From Balanoglossus misakiensis (taxonomy: Eukaryota; Animalia; Hemichordata), in the NCBI GenBank assembly GCA_040954595.2, contig CM082596.2:8445124-8509123 (forward strand): DNA of 64,000 bases, read 5' to 3'. Of this stretch, positions 62,560-64,000 are shown one piece after another. The position numbers and the translations under genes are program-made. How positions within the stretch are numbered: the first letter of the stretch is position 1; each line of letters begins with the position of its first letter. The notes beneath the pieces are model-generated. The model did no database searches. It was not told the DNA's origin and worked only from the letters and a program-made list of their open reading frames with translations.

Positions 62560-62941
62560 TTAAAGGTACACCATCAGCTCCAATTTGCATGCGCCCATAT
62601 ATGGCTGAAATGGCTTATTTGAGTGTTTTAAAGAACATATGGGGCACTTTTTTCGCGTGTGCCACCCACTGAAAATCTGTTATTGGCTAGATCTCAATTT
62701 GTCATAGTATTAAAGGTATACGGTCACAGATGCAAATTTAGCTACAGTTACCATTGTAAATTGAGATCTAGCCAATCACAGATTTTCAGTGGGTGGCACA
62801 CGCGAAAAACGGAGCGGCACCAAATGTTCTTTAGAACGCCCAAATACGCCATTTCAGCCATATATGGGCGTATGTAAATTGAAGGCGACTGTATACCTTT
62901 GAACTGTAGCTAAATTTGCATAGCTGACTGTATAAGTTTAA
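62560..62941. mobile_element. Two nested family C MITEs in opposite orientation
   Basis: Outer copy 62560-62709 resumes at about 62903 (ACTGTAGCTAAATTTGCATAGCTGACTGTATA); inner copy 62710-62902. Confidence 0.75.
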
Positions 62942-64000
62942 ATTTTAAGTTCTAGGTTGAAATTAGTTAATAAAGAATGTACGGTTTACTTGAAGCGAAA
63001 AGTACATGTTTTATCATGTAATTACTTTTTTAGGGGCGACTTTTGGAATATAAACCATCATTTTAGAGAAGGGACATTCTATTCATTAAAATGAAATTGA
63101 AATCAAATTCCCTCAGCTGTTGTGTATGGATTCATTCTCTTTGTGCACTTGTGCCGTCTTTTTAAGTTGTTTGTTGATCCATCACCCCTGGAAGATCACT
63201 CGGCTAACTTGGACAGACATGCCCTGTATACAAACAACTGCTCCATGTGTTTGTCATTACTAGCCTCTAGAGCTGCCACTTTTTTTGCATATTTTCCTTT
63301 ATTTTTTTCCAAGCCTACTACAAGTCTACAAGAACATCTGATCGACACCCAATTGTAGTCGTATGTTCCAATTTGAACACGCTATATATTTAACAGGTGC
63401 CAGACCCATTTAATCAGAGTCCATGCAAACAGTATGCAGCTATCATGGTATGCGTCGCCAAGAGATGACAAACTGATGCACAATGAATGCAAGTAAATAT
63501 GGCTTATTGGTGAGGATTTTAAAGGATAGAGAAGTATTTACAGTGAAAGAAAAAATGTGAAATTTGGCAGATCTTTAACTCGCATTTTCCAATAAAGAAT
63601 ACTGTTCTGTTTCTGGGAATGTGTATATGTTATTGTTGACAAATGAATTCAAGTGCGGACTTGAATTCAATATCCAACAATAACAGTACTGATTACTACA
63701 ACATGGCTGTGTTGAGAAACCAAATTCTCAGCAATTCTTTGCTGTTTTACAGAGTAGAACAAAAAATTACAGTTGATACACAAAAACACATCATTAAATG
63801 TTTAATACTTGTGTTTATTTCATTACAACAAAGAGTACAGCTCAGGTTTATTTTTAAAAAGTACAAGTCCAGTCTTGAAAGAATAAATTATTTCTTCGGT
63901 TTATCTAAAATGTTTAGGAATTTTCCTCTTGTCATTTCTCGAGCTGGAATAGAGATCAAAATCATGTTATTACTATGGTGTATCAGCCTCAGGTTTTTGT

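Overview
AT-rich, intron-rich animal genomic DNA, probably a marine invertebrate deuterostome (inferred from gene and repeat style, not proven). I reconstructed four host genes exon by exon from GT-AG sites: WDHD1/AND-1 (- strand, 22 coding exons, 17815-33083), an intronless SOCS4/5-type gene (+, 34843-36309) head-to-head with it as in human, GLOD4 (-, 9 exons, 42007-47182), and an equilibrative nucleoside transporter SLC29A (+, 12 exons, 47490-60887) head-to-head with GLOD4. A probable last exon of an unidentified upstream gene lies at 4980-5087. The standout feature is an apparently intact, young tyrosine-recombinase retrotransposon (DIRS order, PAT-like split direct repeats, 47774-54025, - strand) in SLC29A intron 1. 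Its recombinase carries an ALOG domain. Its three ORFs (gag, RT/RNaseH/MT, YR) do not overlap and are separated by genomic poly(A) tracts. Each ORF is preceded by a phase-0 splice acceptor that matches one phase-0 donor on a 66-codon leader exon. This suggests that all three proteins are made by alternative splicing onto a shared leader; this is an inference that needs RNA data. The rest of the window holds several MITE families, nested insertions, LINE remnants and simple repeats.
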